Assembly: GCF_018350175.1 (NCBI RefSeq)
Contig: NC_058368.1
Coordinates: 123,382,001 to 123,446,000 of the forward strand
Length of the DNA stretch: 64,000 bases
Source of the DNA: Felis catus
Taxonomy: Eukaryota
Reading direction: 5' to 3'
Positions 36,445 to 50,530 of this stretch are shown here, piece by piece. The notes beneath the pieces were generated by a model, which saw nothing but the letters and a program-made list of their open reading frames with translations, ran no database searches and had not been told where the DNA came from. How positions within the stretch are numbered: the first letter of the stretch is position 1; every line of letters begins with the position of its first letter. Made by a program: the position numbers and the translations under genes.

Positions 36445-36942
36445 GGTGGAATATTGGTTTAAGTGTGAAGTACCCTTCCTCCTCCTCCTGGTAACTGGTT
36501 TCCTTTCATGGGTGTGAGCTCATGACTCAGGCCTCACCAGTCAGTGTACCCATCTCTCTGGCCGCAATTATCTGTTGGGAGATGAGAATGTGTCCAAGTT
36601 CATATCAGATTCCTGCCTGGTACTTTTCTACCAGAGTTACAGGGAATGGTAGTTTCTTCACCAGTTCCCATCTGGGGGAATCTGAATTTAAAGCTGATAA
36701 GAGCCATCTTGCCCACAGAATGGACTCTGAATAAAGAATGAATTGAAACAGAGACAGGCAGAGCCAAGAGCCAAAGAGACAGAACTCTAACGACATTATT
36801 TAAGGCCCTAGATCCAGACAATATTTGAAACAGCTGTATGTATCCCGGACTCCTCAGTTGTAAGAGAAAATATATTTACTTTTTTGCTGAAGCTCAAGAT
36901 TAACTCTGGTTTCGGTCACTTACAAACCACAAAACCTGATGC
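36445..36942 (+). mobile_element. Old ERVL-type LTR (LTR16-like)
   Basis: gacattatttaaggccctagatccag...ggactcctcagtt...ggtcacttacaaacc resembles LTR16-family text as recalled. Confidence 0.45.
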
Positions 36943-37112
36943 ATGGGAAATATAAATAGGATTGTCCTTGAGGAGAGTGATGGCAAAATCCAAAACAAAT
37001 TCTGGGCGAAGAAAATCTCAAAACATTGGCTTAATGGTTTTGTTCTCAGGTGCAAAGGATACTCAGTGATCTCTTCGTAAAGAGCAACTTGGAAAGTGAT
37101 TGATGCTCTTAC

Positions 37113-37338
37113 CTTGACTGCTGTAGGTTGGGGTATGACTTTCAGTGGTTGAACCTGTGCTTTTGCACTCGGGTCACCGGGCCATATAGTCAGCAGTCCG
37201 TCACTACAGCCACTGGAAAGCAGCCTACTGTCAGGCGACCACTTCAGAGCACACACAGCTTGTTGGTGGTGAAGTGTTCCAACGTGATGCCGGGCTACCC
37301 GAACGTCGTGATGATAAACTCGGCCCAACCTCGACCCA
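37113..37338 (-). CDS. CDC20B: CDC20B exon 9 (WD40)
   Basis: [53 protein letters not shown]...TAVK; 226 nt. Confidence 0.96.
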
Positions 37339-38659
37339 CTGCACGGAGGTAAAGGGGTAGGTTTCTGGCAGAAAACTTGAGCCCTATTGCTAACAAGCAT
37401 TTGAAAACATGAAGGAAAGCATAGTCCACACTACCAAGAGACCCCTCAGGACAGATTCACAGCACAGGTTTTGAACATTCTTTGTATTAGTCACGATAGA
37501 GGATTCTGCCTGGGTTATTGTTTTCACAAGTGAAAAAAATTTGTGGGGCAGACTTTCAAATCTGGGTATCGAGAGGATATCCTTTGATAGATATTTCTAA
37601 CGGCTTTACTATGATGCAGGCAGCTATAGAAAAGATAAATTTAAAAGATTACCCTGTTTTTTCAGGAAGGAGTCTTTGTACCGAACCTAGGAAATAGTAC
37701 TTTCCTGGAACTCAGAATATTTCCTATTATCCCAATGAAATAGTTTTAGTATATATACTAAATATATGTTAGTAAATATATTTATGTATTTATAGTAAAA
37801 TGTCAGACATAGAAATGTATTATGTCCTTTTTCTCTTAAGCTACAAATCCATTATTAGTTTTGTTAATGCTACTAATATCTAAAAAGGGTATAAAACTAT
37901 CTGAATGTCACAGAAAAACTGCAATGTGATTCAAAATCAGTGGATAATGTCTACTCAGTCTTAGTGATTTGGATCCAAATAATGGTAAAAATCCTATCCC
38001 TCTATCAAAGTTAATGAACTCTTTCTGAATGAGTTTGATTTTCCCCAAGGAGCAAGTAAAAAACTACCTTCAATTATTTCTGAAATTTCTCACAATCCAG
38101 TATCATATTTAAAAACCATTCAGGCACCACACTGAATAGCATTCTGATGAACAATATGGGCTCTGCGGCCAGACAACCTGGGTTCAAAGCCTGACTCTGC
38201 CCCCTTTACTAACCATGTGACCTCAGGTAGTGTCTTAGTTTCTTCATTAAGAAAAGGTTGGGGGTGGGGGGCGGTGGATTAGAAAACACTTTATAGCGTT
38301 GTTGCAGGGATTAAGACACAATTACACGCATAACCAGTATAGCACAATGCCTGGCACACAGTACTCCAAAAATGTTCATTGCTATTATTATAAGAAAAGG
38401 ATCTGTTCATTTTCCTCACGGATAATAAAATTAAACTTAAACAATGCATCCCATGAAAGGAATTCAAATATAGAACTGACCTCACTACAACTTCTCACAG
38501 TAAATGATTAGCCCTTTATATGGTATTTTAAGTGTTTTTAGGTTGGGCTTATAATCACAAGGTATTAAAATCTCAAATTTATATCTTAGCCACTTAAAGA
38601 AATTATAAAAAGGCTTTGGAATTTATTTAATTTAAACCTATCTTAAGAACTACCGTATA

Positions 38660-38840
38660 GGGGCATTTGGCTGGCTCAGTCGGTTAAGCATCTGACTTTT
38701 GGCTCACGATTTGTAAGTTTGAGCCCAGCATTGGGCTCTCTGCTATCAGCACAGAGCCCACTTTGGATCCTCTGTCTCCCTCTCTCTCTACCCCTCCCTA
38801 CCACCACCCTCCTCTCAAAAATAAATAAACATTTAAAAAA
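38660..38840 (+). mobile_element. Can-SINE
   Basis: Head, (CT)n, A tail. Confidence 0.85.
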
Positions 38841-38960
38841 ATCTACAGTATAAAGATGAATGGCAATTATTAAAAGCAATATGTTTTCAGATCAATGATT
38901 TAGGATCACTGGGACAAGTCACCTAACTTTTCTGGTTAAAAAGAAGTAGTCAGACTAAAC

Positions 38961-39126
38961 CAGTAGTTCTCAAAAATGATAAAGCATCAGCATCTCTTTG
39001 AAAATTAGAAATGCAAATTATCAGTGCACCTTCAGCTCTACTTTATCAAATTCCCCGAGGCCAGCAATCTGTGCTTTAAGGAGCCCTTCAGGTAGTGCTG
39101 ATGCATGCTCAAGTGTGAGAACCACA
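38961..39126. mobile_element. MER5A-like DNA transposon
   Basis: Terminal inverted ends cagtagttctca ... tgagaaccac; internal agaaatgcaaatt. Confidence 0.7.
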
Positions 39127-39595
39127 GAACTGGCTACTCTATGAGGTTCCATCCAGTTCTGACGTCTGTGGGTCTGTGAATTGGAAACGTACCTCAGAAA
39201 GCTTAACATATTCCAAAGTCTTGATCCTGATAGGAATAAATACTTGATTTCAACAAAATATCCCTCTAGTAGGTATTACTTGGTACAGAGAAACTTTTTG
39301 CTTAAACAGTTTTACATTTTGTCTGAACAATTTACTGAATCCTGAGCCTCACTTTCCAGTACTAGCATATGGTGTAGGCGCATAGCCACCATGGTACCTG
39401 TGGCCACTGGACCACTCACATCACCAGAAGATCAGAATATCTGAGAGGGTAGAGTCATAACTGCTAACTAATAGCCTATTTTGTTTTGGTTTGTTTTGTT
39501 TTGGTTTTGGTTTCAAATATTATAGTTCTGTTCACTCAGCCCCCATAATCCTTTGATGATATAAATATAATTGGTTGCAATAAGATGCTTCTTAC

Positions 39596-39690
39596 CTGCT
39601 AAGAATATACTGATTCCAGCTCAAAGCCCCAACCACTGACAAATGACCAAGCATATTTCTCAGCCGCTTTTTAGTTACCACATCCCATAG
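39596..39690 (-). CDS. CDC20B: CDC20B exon 8
   Basis: [31 protein letters not shown] plus 2 nt; 95 nt. Confidence 0.96.
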
Positions 39691-39692
39691 CT

Positions 39693-39724
<32 letters not shown>

Positions 39725-40654
39725 AAAAATTAACAAGGAGAGTATATAGCATTAAAATTTTCACAGCCCACTATATTCTCAAAGGCCTGACAGCCAATTA
39801 ATGTTGATATAGCCAGTCCTTGTACCAAAGGAAAGCTCAGTGAGCACCTTTAATGTTGGGCAGCATTTCTCCACACTGCCTGTATATTCCATCACCTAGG
39901 GAGCATGCTATGGATGCTAGCCATTCTGATTTAATGAGGGAGGTAGAGTCTGTGGATATGGTATTTATTTTAAACTTCCCCAGGTGAATTCAGTGGGAAG
40001 CCATATGTTGAAAATGGCTTTCATACTTATAGTTTCTTCTTAATTGTGGGAATTTCGTATCTGGAAATCCACCGACAGGCTAAGAAACTCCTTTTCTGCC
40101 ACTATAAATGATATTCTGACCCATATGAGAAAGAGAACTTTGTTATAAGAAGAAATCATGACATAACCTTCATAGCATCCAATATCACCGCAGAGGTGAC
40201 AAAGTAGTGAGTGCCATCTGTGGCCCTCCAAAGTCATTGAACACATGAGCAACATTGTTTACACTATTGCTAATAATAATAATAATACATGAGAAAGTAA
40301 ATAGATTAAAACTGGTAAATTCACACTTCCGAGAGGCTATCAGAGAAAAAATTCATTTATTTTAAGTAACTCTACTCCTGATCATGGCTTGAGGTGGAAA
40401 AGAAAAGCTGAAGGTTATCTTCATCTCTCCAAAGTCGTAACACTGGGGTGTATACAAACCCAACTTTAATTTGAAAAAAAACAGATAAAAGACTTTTAAA
40501 AATGTAAATATGGAGTTGCCTGGGTGGTTAAGCATCTGACTGTTGATTACAGTTCAGGTCATGATCTAGAGTATCCTTAAGTCCTCATTAAATGACATTC
40601 GGAAAAGAATCAGAATGGTGTATACTCTCACTCTCCGTAGTTTGTTTTTGTTTT

Positions 40655-40705
40655 GCATTTATTTTGAGAGAGAAAGAGTGTGTGTCTGTGTGTCTGTGTG
40701 TCTGT

Positions 40706-40746
<41 letters not shown>

Positions 40747-40892
40747 ATGCGCAGAGAGAGAGAGAATCCCAAACAGGCTCCGTGCTGTCAGCAGAGAGCC
40801 CCACGTGGGGCTCCATCTCATGAGCCATGAGATCATGACTTGAGCCAAAATCAAGAGTCCAACACTTAGCCAACTGAGCCACCTAGGCAACT
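40655..40892 (-). mobile_element. Can-SINE containing a (TG)n microsatellite
   Basis: Reverse SINE; (TG)n at about 40678-40744. Confidence 0.85.
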
Positions 40893-41021
40893 CACTCTCC
40901 ATAGTTTCAAATGACACAACTAATATAATTTCTCTATTGTGTATTAACTTACTATTAAATGTCAATTTTAGAAATCTAGCAATTACACAGAGCACATTTG
41001 GAGAAAAAAAACATCCATTAC

Positions 41022-41218
41022 TTGTACTTCTCCCTCGCTGGTGCCAACTGCCAGGCAGTTTCCCTCTTTTATCCAGGACACAGAAGATACATAGTTACAA
41101 TTGAGAGTGAAGTCTATATTTTCAATCTTATTGTGGTTTTCCCCATTCCAGATGTACACAGAGGATCCAAGGGCTATAGCAACAAGATTTTGAAAATTCC
41201 AATCTAGAATATTGAGAT
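41022..41218 (-). CDS. CDC20B: CDC20B exon 7
   Basis: YLNILDWNFQNLVAIALGSSVYIWNGENH...VSSVSWIKEGNCLAVGTSEGEVQ; 197 nt. Confidence 0.96.
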
Positions 41219-41274
41219 CTATAAGAAAAGATGTTCATATTAGGGTAATTATTCAGCCAAATAAAAGTAATTTT

Positions 41275-41500
41275 CTTTTTTTTTTCTTTTTTTTTTTTCA
41301 ACGTTTATTTATTTTTGGGACAGAGAGAGACAGAGCATGAACGGGGGAGGGGCAGAGAGAGAGGGAGACACAGAATCAGAAACAGGCTCCAGGCTCCGAG
41401 CCATCAGCCCAGAGCCTGATGCGGGGCTCGAACTCACGGACCACGAGATCGTGACCTGGCTGAAGTCGGACGCTTAACCAACTGCGCCACCCAGGCGCCC
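41275..41500 (-). mobile_element. Young feline SINE about 55 nt upstream of the exon 7 acceptor
   Basis: TSD aaaagtaattttc. Confidence 0.95.
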
Positions 41501-41915
41501 CAAAAGTAATTTTCAAATAAACAACTTTTTTATAGATAGATGAACAAATTTAATACCTTTCCCATAGTCAGTTGGAAAATAGAATCACCCATGCAAGCAG
41601 ATCATTAGAAGTTCAAAAATAAAAACTACAACTTTGTGTCAAGATTCACAAAGAAGTAATAATGCATACTATTTACATCAAATATATTTATTTAGAGTCA
41701 TTTAGAGAACTTCCAAGTTTCATCTACCATTATTACCACCCATGTACCTTCTCTAACAAACACTAAAAATTTCATTGAAATTATCTGGCCCTTCGTCATG
41801 ATCTCGTGGTTTGTGGGTTCAAGTCCCATGTCAGGCTCTGTGCTGACAGGTCAGAGCCTGGAGCCTGCTTCGGATTCTGTGTCTCCCTCTCTCTCTACTC
41901 CCTTCCCTGCTCATG

Positions 41916-41954
<39 letters not shown>

Positions 41955-42079
41955 AAAATAAACATTAAACAATTTTAATGTATCCTACCTTATTTATTTT
42001 TAATTGAAATAGTTGACATATGACCGTATCTTATTTCTTATAAGACAAAAACTCTTATCCTGATTGATACCTATCAGTA

Positions 42080-43700
42080 CAAAACTGTGAAGCATGCCAG
42101 TTTCACTATAGTGACCTAAGCCACCTATAACCTACCTCTTCCACTGATGACAACCATAAACTCTGAACAAAATAAAAAAAAAAAAAAAGTTCTCCATTGA
42201 GAACTGGATAATAAGCAAAAGCAGTGAAACTAAGTAAGGGAGTCAAAACTTGAAGAAGCAACCTGCCGAGGGGTGAGTTTCTCACTTTTTTTCTCACATG
42301 GTTTTGCCAGAGGATGGGCCCCAGTCATGGAGTAGCACCAGCAGCCCAAACTCCAATAGAAAGGTCAAAATATATCTGGTGAGAGGAGCCAGGGAAAGAA
42401 GACTGAAGTGGCCAAAGTGTGGAGAGAAAGTCCTAGATGGGAGAGAGACACAGAAAGGCACCCTCTAATGGTGAAAGTAGGAACCCACACACATCTCAGC
42501 CTATACCAGAATTTGTGTCAGGACAAGGAAAACTCAAATCAGCTTAGCAAAGACTTTTAGAGCTGAACTGAGATTTGAAGCCTCCATTTAGGTCTCAGCC
42601 TGGATTGTGATCCCTATATGTAAGGGATAGACCCAAACCATCATAATCAAGGCTGAAGAAACTGATCTGAGACTTATAAAAGGCCACCCACAAAAGGCAA
42701 GACCAATAAACCTAACTAAGACAAAAATGACAACATTCTCTGCAGGACCCAGAGTTAATACCACATATAATCCACAATGTCCAGGACACAATTTAAGATT
42801 ACTGGGCATATATAAAAGGAAAATATAATCAATAGATGAGAAACCTAAAATGATAGTTATAGGAATTATCAGACAAAGATGCTAAAGAAGCTATAATAGA
42901 ATATACAAGCAGAATAGAATAGATTATTCTCCATGAGGTAGAGAAAAACCTACTTGAAATGAATGAAAACATAGAAAATAGAAGCAGAGGAATAGAAAAA
43001 TAGAAACTATAAAACTAAAATAGAAGCCATAAATACAATAAAATAGACATTTTGAAACTGAAAAATACAATATCTGAAAAATCTTCTGGATGGGAAATGA
43101 CAGAGGGAAAAGTACTGAATTTGAATGTAAATCAACAGAAATTATCCAGTCTGAAGAACATATAGGAAAAGAAATTGAAAAAAGAAATGAACAAAACCTC
43201 AGGGTCCTGTGGAATAATATTCAAAGATTCTAACATGTGTAAGTGGAGTCAGGTCCTGGAAACAAGAGAACAAAGTTTCAAATGGCCTTAGACCTCTCAC
43301 CAGAAACCATGGAGGCCAGAAGTCAGTATATTTTAAATGCTGAAAGAAAAAAATCTGGCAACCCAGAATTCTATATGCAGCAAAAATATCATAAAATGGA
43401 ATATAAGAGAAGCCTTTACCAACTAACCGGATCTGAAAGAACTGCTAACAGAAGCTTTTCAGGCTGAAGGGAAATCATATGAGACGGAAATTTGGATCTT
43501 CAGGAATGAAAGAGAAGAGTAGAATTGTAAATACTGGGGTAAATATAAAGACCGTTGTTCCCTCTTTTATTTAAAATACAAATATGTATGGACTTTTAGA
43601 GTAAAATTTATAGCAATAGTAGAGTTTTCAATGTTCGTAGACATAAAATGCAGAACAACTACAGTAACCTAAAAAAAAGTGGGGGAGGAGGGTGGAGGGG
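42080..43700 (+). mobile_element. Degraded old L1 5'/ORF1 region
   Basis: A-rich with L1 ORF1-like text (gaaattatccagtctgaagaaca, cagaaaccatggaggccagaag, caacccagaattctata). Confidence 0.65.
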
Positions 43701-44362
43701 ACCTATGTGATTACAAAATTTGCATCTACCTACCTGTTCACCAGTCCCCAGTGTATCCTCTTCATTGCCATTATCATTAACTATCAACTAACAATGTTGC
43801 TGAAAAATGTTCTATCTTCTCTCCTCCACCCCTCCAAGTCCTACCCATTTTTCAAGACCCAGCTCAAGTGTGATTATCTCCACAAAGTCTTTCTAGACAA
43901 AGATCCAAAGATCACTGAACTAGCTCCTTTCATCCCACAATTCATTATTTATATTCTACACTGGCATGTTGCTAGAAGTTCCATGTGAGTTAGTCCTGTC
44001 TTCCCAACTAGATTATAAAGTAGGCACATGACGAAAAGACCCCATGTGGCTGTTGACTGATTGGATTTATCTGTTTAAAATATATGCATAAGAATAGGCC
44101 ACTATTTTCTCAGTTCATTCTATTACAGTAAAAAATATGTATATTGCTCATGCCCTCCCAACACCAACAGTACCCATTCCAAACGTGAAATTTGTACAAG
44201 GAAAAGGCAAACTATATTAACGGTATTTAGATGGTACAGCTTTGGGACATGAGGCACAAGGACCATCAGGTTCTTCCAGAATCAAATTTCAAGTTCATGC
44301 CACCACATTGGATACAATGTGTCACTTCAACTTTTTAATTAACGATCTAAAAAATAACTTAC

Positions 44363-44479
44363 AATAGTCATTTCGAAGACCAGTAAGATGAAACTTCACC
44401 TCTGGTTGCAGTATGGAATAGTTTATACCATTGAATCTTTTAAGATGGAAGGATTCATCTCTGACTCCATCTCTGCAGC
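44363..44479 (-). CDS. CDC20B: CDC20B exon 6
   Basis: GCRDGVRDESFHLKRFNGINYSILQPEVKFHLTGLRNDY; 117 nt. Confidence 0.95.
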
Positions 44480-44674
44480 CTACAAGAAACAAACACATCT
44501 ACATATCTTTATGATCCCAGGAACATAATATTTATCCTTGCAGGGATTAAGAGATAACAGAGTGAGAAAGAAAGTAGTCCTCCTGATAAAACTGAATTAC
44601 AAGTTGTAGAAGGAAAGGGAAAAAAGGAAGACTTCAGTATTCATTGAAACAAAAATTTTAAAAATATTTCATGG

Positions 44675-44730
44675 TTTGGGATGAGCACTGGGTATTGTCT
44701 CTAAGCCAATTTGACAATAAATTATATTTA
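44675..44730 (+). mobile_element. Extremely 5'-truncated feline L1
   Basis: tttgggatgagcactggg...ccaatttgacaataaa; 15-bp TSD aaaaatatttcatgg at 44660-44674 and 44731-44745. Confidence 0.85.
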
Positions 44731-44876
44731 AAAAATATTTCATGGCATTTTTTTAATAAAAAGCCTGAGTGCCAGACCCAAATGTGACAACAGACCTTGT
44801 GGAAAGCACACAGAAACCTTATATCATACTATGAATATTTATTCTGTCACTTGACTTTTTAAAATCAAAGTAGTTT

Positions 44877-45122
44877 GGGGGTGCCTGGGTGGCCCAGTTG
44901 GTTAAGTGTCAGACTTCGGCTCAGGTCGTGATCTTGCAGTTCGTGGTTCGAGACCTGCATGGGTCTCTGTGCTGACAGCTCAGAGCCTGTAACCTACTTT
45001 GGACTCTGTGCGTGTGTGTGTGTGTGTGTGTGTGCACGTATGTGTGTGTCTCTCTCTGCTCTTCCCCTGCTCATGCTTTGTCTCTCTCTGTCTCTCAAAA
45101 ATAAATAAATGTTAAAAAAAAA
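44877..45122 (+). mobile_element. Can-SINE with internal (TG)n
   Basis: Head, microsatellite, A tail. Confidence 0.85.
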
Positions 45123-45639
45123 TTAAAGTAATTTTTGCATATCCATTTGTCTGTCACATCAACAATTACCTGATAGACATAAGCACTACTCTGAGTTTTT
45201 GTCAGTAAACATTTGTGGGTTCATTTATTTCAGCTCTTTGTCTCACTGGTTCTGTACCAGAGCATGCAAAGTTATTTCTGGCTAGTTTTACCTGTGAATA
45301 TCTGAGGTCAGGGTCATATCTTGGGCTCAGGTTTAATTCTCATCCAAAGACCCAACTAAGTATAAACCACAGGCCACTGTCTTTTCATCTGTACAACCAC
45401 TTGGCTTGTGATCAAACTAAAAATGACATAAATGAATAGGTGTTGAGCCCACCCAAGTAATTTGTGGTCTCTATGACCACATGCCTTTGGATAAAAGCAT
45501 AAGAGCTTCACAGTGCTAAACCAAGAAGTAGATTAATACTCCCAGCCTTGGTGTTAGCCATGAAGACCTACAGTTGTGAGTAAAACTGCAAGGTTGCTGG
45601 AAACACTCAAGCACCGCCAATAAAGGTTTTTTAAAAAAC

Positions 45640-46115
45640 AGGTACAAACTTCCAGTTACAAAATAAGAGTCATAGGGATGTAATGTAGAGCATGGCAATT
45701 ACAGTTAATAATACTGGATTACAGGGGCGCCTGGGTGGCTCAGTTGGTTAAGTGGCCGACTTCAGCTCAGGTCGTGATCTCTCGGTCTGTGAGTTCAAGC
45801 CCCGCGTCAGGCTCTGTGCTGACAGCTCAGAGCCTGGAGCCTGTTTCGGATTCTGTGTCTCCCTCTCTCTGACCCTCCCCCGTTCATGCTCTGTCTCTCT
45901 CTGTCTCAAAAATAAATCAATGTTAAAAAAAATTTTTTTAAATAATAATACTGGATTACATATTTGAAAATTACTAAGAGAGTAGACCTTAAGAGTTTTT
46001 ATCACAAGAATCAAAATTCTGTAACTAAGCATGGTGATGGATGTTAACTGGAATTACTGTGGTGATCATTTAACAATATATACAAATATCACATTATTAT
46101 GTTTTATACCTGAAA
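45640..46115 (+). mobile_element. L1 3' end interrupted by a Can-SINE (about 45724-45940)
   Basis: ggtacaaacttccagtt...gagagtagaccttaa; SINE TSD taataatactggattaca. Confidence 0.8.
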
Positions 46116-46121
46116 TGAATA

Positions 46122-46660
46122 CAATTGGCCTTTGAACAACATGAGTTTGAACTGCTATGGTCCACTTATATGCAGATTGTTTTTTATAAATACCATACAG
46201 TAATATAAATGTATTTTCTTTCCCTTATAACTTTCCTAATAACATTCTCTTCTCTAGCATACTTTATTGTATGAATATAGTATGTAATATATATGGCATA
46301 CAAAAGATGTGTTAATCACCTGTCCAAATTATTAAGGCCTCCAGTCAACCATAGGCTATTAGCAATTAAGTTTGGGGGGAGTCAAAAGTTATATACAGAT
46401 TTTCTTTTTTTTTTTTTTTAATTTTTTTTTTCAACGTTTATTTATTTTTGGGACAGAGAGAGACAGAGCATGAACGGGGGAGGGGCAGAGAGAAAGGGAG
46501 ACACAGAATCGGAAACAGGCTCCAGGCTCTGAGCCATCAGCCCAGAGCCTGACGCGGGGCTCGAACTCACGGACCGCGAGATCGTGACCTGGCTGAAGTC
46601 AGACGCTTAACCGACTGCGCCACCCAGGCGCCCCTGGATTTTCAACTGTGTGAGGGGTTG
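46122..46660 (+). mobile_element. Tigger2-like DNA transposon fragment interrupted by a young feline SINE (- about 46404-46634)
   Basis: caattggcctttgaacaacatgagtttgaactgc...ggtccacttata; gagtcaaaagttatatacagattttc [SINE] gattttcaactgtg. Confidence 0.75.
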
Positions 46661-47027
46661 TTTACTTTTTAGAAGTGTGATATAAGTAGATTGAAGGAGG
46701 TGAATGAGGCAGGAGAACTAAGTTGTTATCTACTCTGCTAGAAAGTTATGATAAAGTCTAAAATCTCAAAAAAGAGCAGTTTACAAATATTACTTAGAAA
46801 ATAGTTGTAAACATTATCAACAAGAGCCAAACCGTGGCAAGAACCCAAATGTCCACCAACTGATGAATGGATAAAGAAGAATAAGGAAGAAATGAAGAAG
46901 GCAGGGAGAGAGAATTATCTGAATTTTATAATTATGTTTATTAGTCTAATAAATATAAAAAAGGAATGAAGAAGGCAGGGAGAGAGAAGGGTAGGAAAGA
47001 AGGACAAACAAAAACTTTGCCCCATAC

Positions 47028-47121
47028 CTTTCCAAACACATTGGGATTTCTCACAGAGCTGCATTTTCCCACTAACCCACTGAGCCACCTTCTGGGTCAA
47101 AAATAGCTGGTTTAGGCATTT
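47028..47121 (-). CDS. CDC20B: CDC20B exon 5
   Basis: KCLNQLFLTQKVAQWVSGKMQLCEKSQCVWK plus 1 nt; 94 nt. Confidence 0.93.
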
Positions 47122-48130
47122 CTGAAAACAAATAAATACTTCTTTAGAAACATATATGCACATCTCAGATGTTATGCATGACATAGTGTTAAACCAGTAA
47201 TTCACCAGCAAGTTCAAAGTTTCCACATTATCAAAACCAACACTACAATTGTTATTATTTATTACCTAACCAGCATGTAGTGAATACAGTGCTGAGCATT
47301 TTACATGTATTATTTCTAATCTCCCCAACAACTCCATAGGGCAGGTATTACTCAGCTAAAATAAAATCTTCTTTACTCTTCTAGCCTAAAAATCTTTTTA
47401 GCCCACAAACCAACTAAAAGGCCAGTGAGATCATCAAAGCCTGCAAGAACTGAAATGTCATGATATTTCTGGTACGTTGTGAAACTGAAAGACCTCCCCA
47501 AGATGATAAAGCTGGTTGTATGTTAAGGCTACTTTTTCAAGAAAGATTTCTTTCAAAAGATGCCTCTCAGCATTCAACCTGGAGGTGCTCTTTCAGTCTG
47601 TTACTGAGATTTTCTCTGGGTCTTAATTTTCCTCCTCTGTAGTATGTTGAGATTGAACTAATCATCCTAAAGGTCTTTTTCCATTAACACCTTCACCTAT
47701 TAGAAATGGGAACACCAAATCACTGGGATCTTAAGTAACATACCTCAGTTTCCACGAACACAAAAATCGGATTGCTGTTTCTTTGGACCAGTATACAAAA
47801 AGCACTTCTGACATTCTTACATCCAACTTCAGTCAAAAACAGATGAGAAAATTACTACAAGTATAAAGAAAAGTACTTGCAGAAATTTCCTAAAAACATT
47901 TTAGCAAACAGTAAAGCAGAGATGATTCCTTTTTTTCTCCTTCATGATAATATATTTAATCTTACATATAAAACAATCGTGGGATCACCATAATTCACAC
48001 AGAAGTCTCTCTCACAGGCATCATTTTGAGATTTTGGTTTTCTTCCCAGATATCATGCCACATAATAGGCATTGTCAGTCAATGAATCATGGATTTTTAG
48101 GTATTCTAATTAGAACAATTCAGGATAAAG

Positions 48131-48333
48131 CAGGGTTTCCCACTTTCAGCACCACTGGCATTTGGTGGTAGATAATTCATTATTGTAAGGGGCTGTTCTG
48201 TCCATTATAGGACATTTAGCAGTGTCCCAGCCTCCATGTACTAGATACCCTCTCACTAGGTTGTGATAATCAAAAATCAGACATTGCCAAATGTCCCCTG
48301 GGGAGCGAAATCACCTCCAGTTGAGAACTACTG
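48131..48333. mobile_element. MER20-like DNA transposon
   Basis: cagggtttc...ggggctgttctgtccattatagga...cagacattgccaaatgtcccctgggg...gttgagaactactg. Confidence 0.8.
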
Positions 48334-49273
48334 ATAACAAATAATGTTCCTAAAATCGACTGGCTTCTCCAGTATCTATAGTCAGCACAAAGCTGCCCAA
48401 GACATTACCTGGCACAGTGTGCTTCTGTTTGATGTACCCAAGGGTGCTCTACCCCAGGTAAGATCTATTAATTACTTTAATGAACAATTTGGCCTAGAGC
48501 TGACTATATATCATAATTTTGAACATCTCCCCAGCTATGCAGGTCCTTGTTGTAGAAACACCCTCACATGACTTCTGAGGACCACATGAAGACACACATT
48601 TACTGTCAATGCGAAAGACCTCACTGTATGTGCACTACTCCTGATGCTGCTTGATTTCTAATCAGTCATTAAACAAATGCTTTACATAAAATAGTCAAAA
48701 AGTTTCCATTATCCCTTTCTCAGGTTTTCCAGTGATGCTGGGACAATGTTCTGATTGGATTACAATTGCTGTAACAATGCGAGCCTAAGGGAGAGAGTAA
48801 AAGGAAGTTCTGAAGTTCAAGGCAGTACAAACTCGAACTGGCAAGACGTAGAGTGTGGAAAGGCAATGGTGCTAATAACCTGGCCTGGACGTAAAGTCAA
48901 CATTTCCCCAATGACTCAGAACTCTCTAACCTTCTGCACTTCCAAACCCTTAACCAATAGTAGAGCACTCAGCAAAAGACCTGCTCTAAGATATTTGTTT
49001 TCAATTTGCATATGATTTCAAATAATTAAATTTTACATTCACGATATTGTTCCTCTAGTAAGATACAAATGCCAAACACTGAAAGCACATACTAAATGAG
49101 AAACTGCCTAAATTGAGAATTTATGACGTTCCTAGTGTAACTCTTTCTAAATTAAACCTTTCTTCCTTCAGAAGCTCTTTGTTGGATTTGATACACTCAA
49201 AAATATGCTATTGATATTTCATGTGCCCTAAGATTTGGGTCAGATTCCTCAAAGATCTTAAAACCATAATAAA

Positions 49274-49478
49274 GGGGCTCCTGGGTGGCTCAATCAGTTT
49301 AATTGTCCAACTCTTGGTTTCAGCTCAGGTCATGATCTCACAGTGCGTGACTTTGAGCCCCATGTCAGGCCCTGAGCTAATGGCACAGAGCCAGCTTGGG
49401 ATTCTTTGTCTCCTCTCTCTGCCCCTTCCCTGCTCGCACATTCTCTCACTCTCTCAAAACAAATAAACATTTAAAAAA
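49274..49478 (+). mobile_element. Can-SINE
   Basis: Head, (CT)n, A tail; flanking repeat cataataaa. Confidence 0.85.
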
Positions 49479-49744
49479 ACATAATAAATAAGATACTTAA
49501 AAGAACGAAATTAACTTAGTCAAGAAACAACAACAACAAAAAAAAAACAAAACAGTAAAAAGGACTTAAGGGAAATATTTAAAAGACCATCTTGTAGAGG
49601 AAGAATAGAATGTATCCTGAGTGACCCCAGATGCCAGTCCAAGTCACAGAATAGTTGGAAATGATTGTACAAGAGATCTTTGGGCTGAGGGGAAACATAC
49701 CATAATATGTGTAATTTTATTATATTTTTAATCTTTACCTTTTT

Positions 49745-50369
49745 TAATGTTTATTTTTGTAATATAAGTATAATTAACATACATATAAGAGTTTCAGATG
49801 TACAATATAATGATCCAACAATTCTATACATTACACAGTGCTCGTCATGATAAACGTACTCTTAATCCCCATCACCTATCACAACCATCCCCCCCACCCA
49901 CCTCCCTCTGGTAACCATCAGTTTGTTCTCTGTAGTTAAGAGTCTGTTTCTTGGTTTGTCACTTTTTCCTTTGTTCATTTGTTTCTTAAATTCCACATAT
50001 GACTGAAATCATATGGTATTTCCCTTTCTCTGACTTACTTCACTTAGCATTATACTTTTGTGCTACATCTCTGTTGTTTCAAATGGCAAAATGACATTTT
50101 TTTTAAGTTTATTTCTTTATTTTGAGAAAGAGAGCACAAGAGAGTGGGAGAACAGCAGAGAGAGAGAGAGAGAGACAGAATCCCAAGCAGGCTCCGGCTG
50201 TCAGTGCAGAGCCCAAAGTGGGCCTCAAACTCATGAACAGTGAGATCATGATCCGAGCTGAGATCAAGAGTCAGATGCTTAACCAACTGAGCCACCCAGG
50301 TGCCCCAAAATGTCATTCTTTTTATGGCTGAGTAATATTCCATTGTATGTATATGTATATGTATATATT

Positions 50370-50400
<31 letters not shown>

Positions 50401-50488
50401 TTCATTTGTGTGTATATATATACACATATATGTATATATATACACACATATGTATATATACATATCTATATGTACATACATATAGATA

Positions 50489-50530
<42 letters not shown>

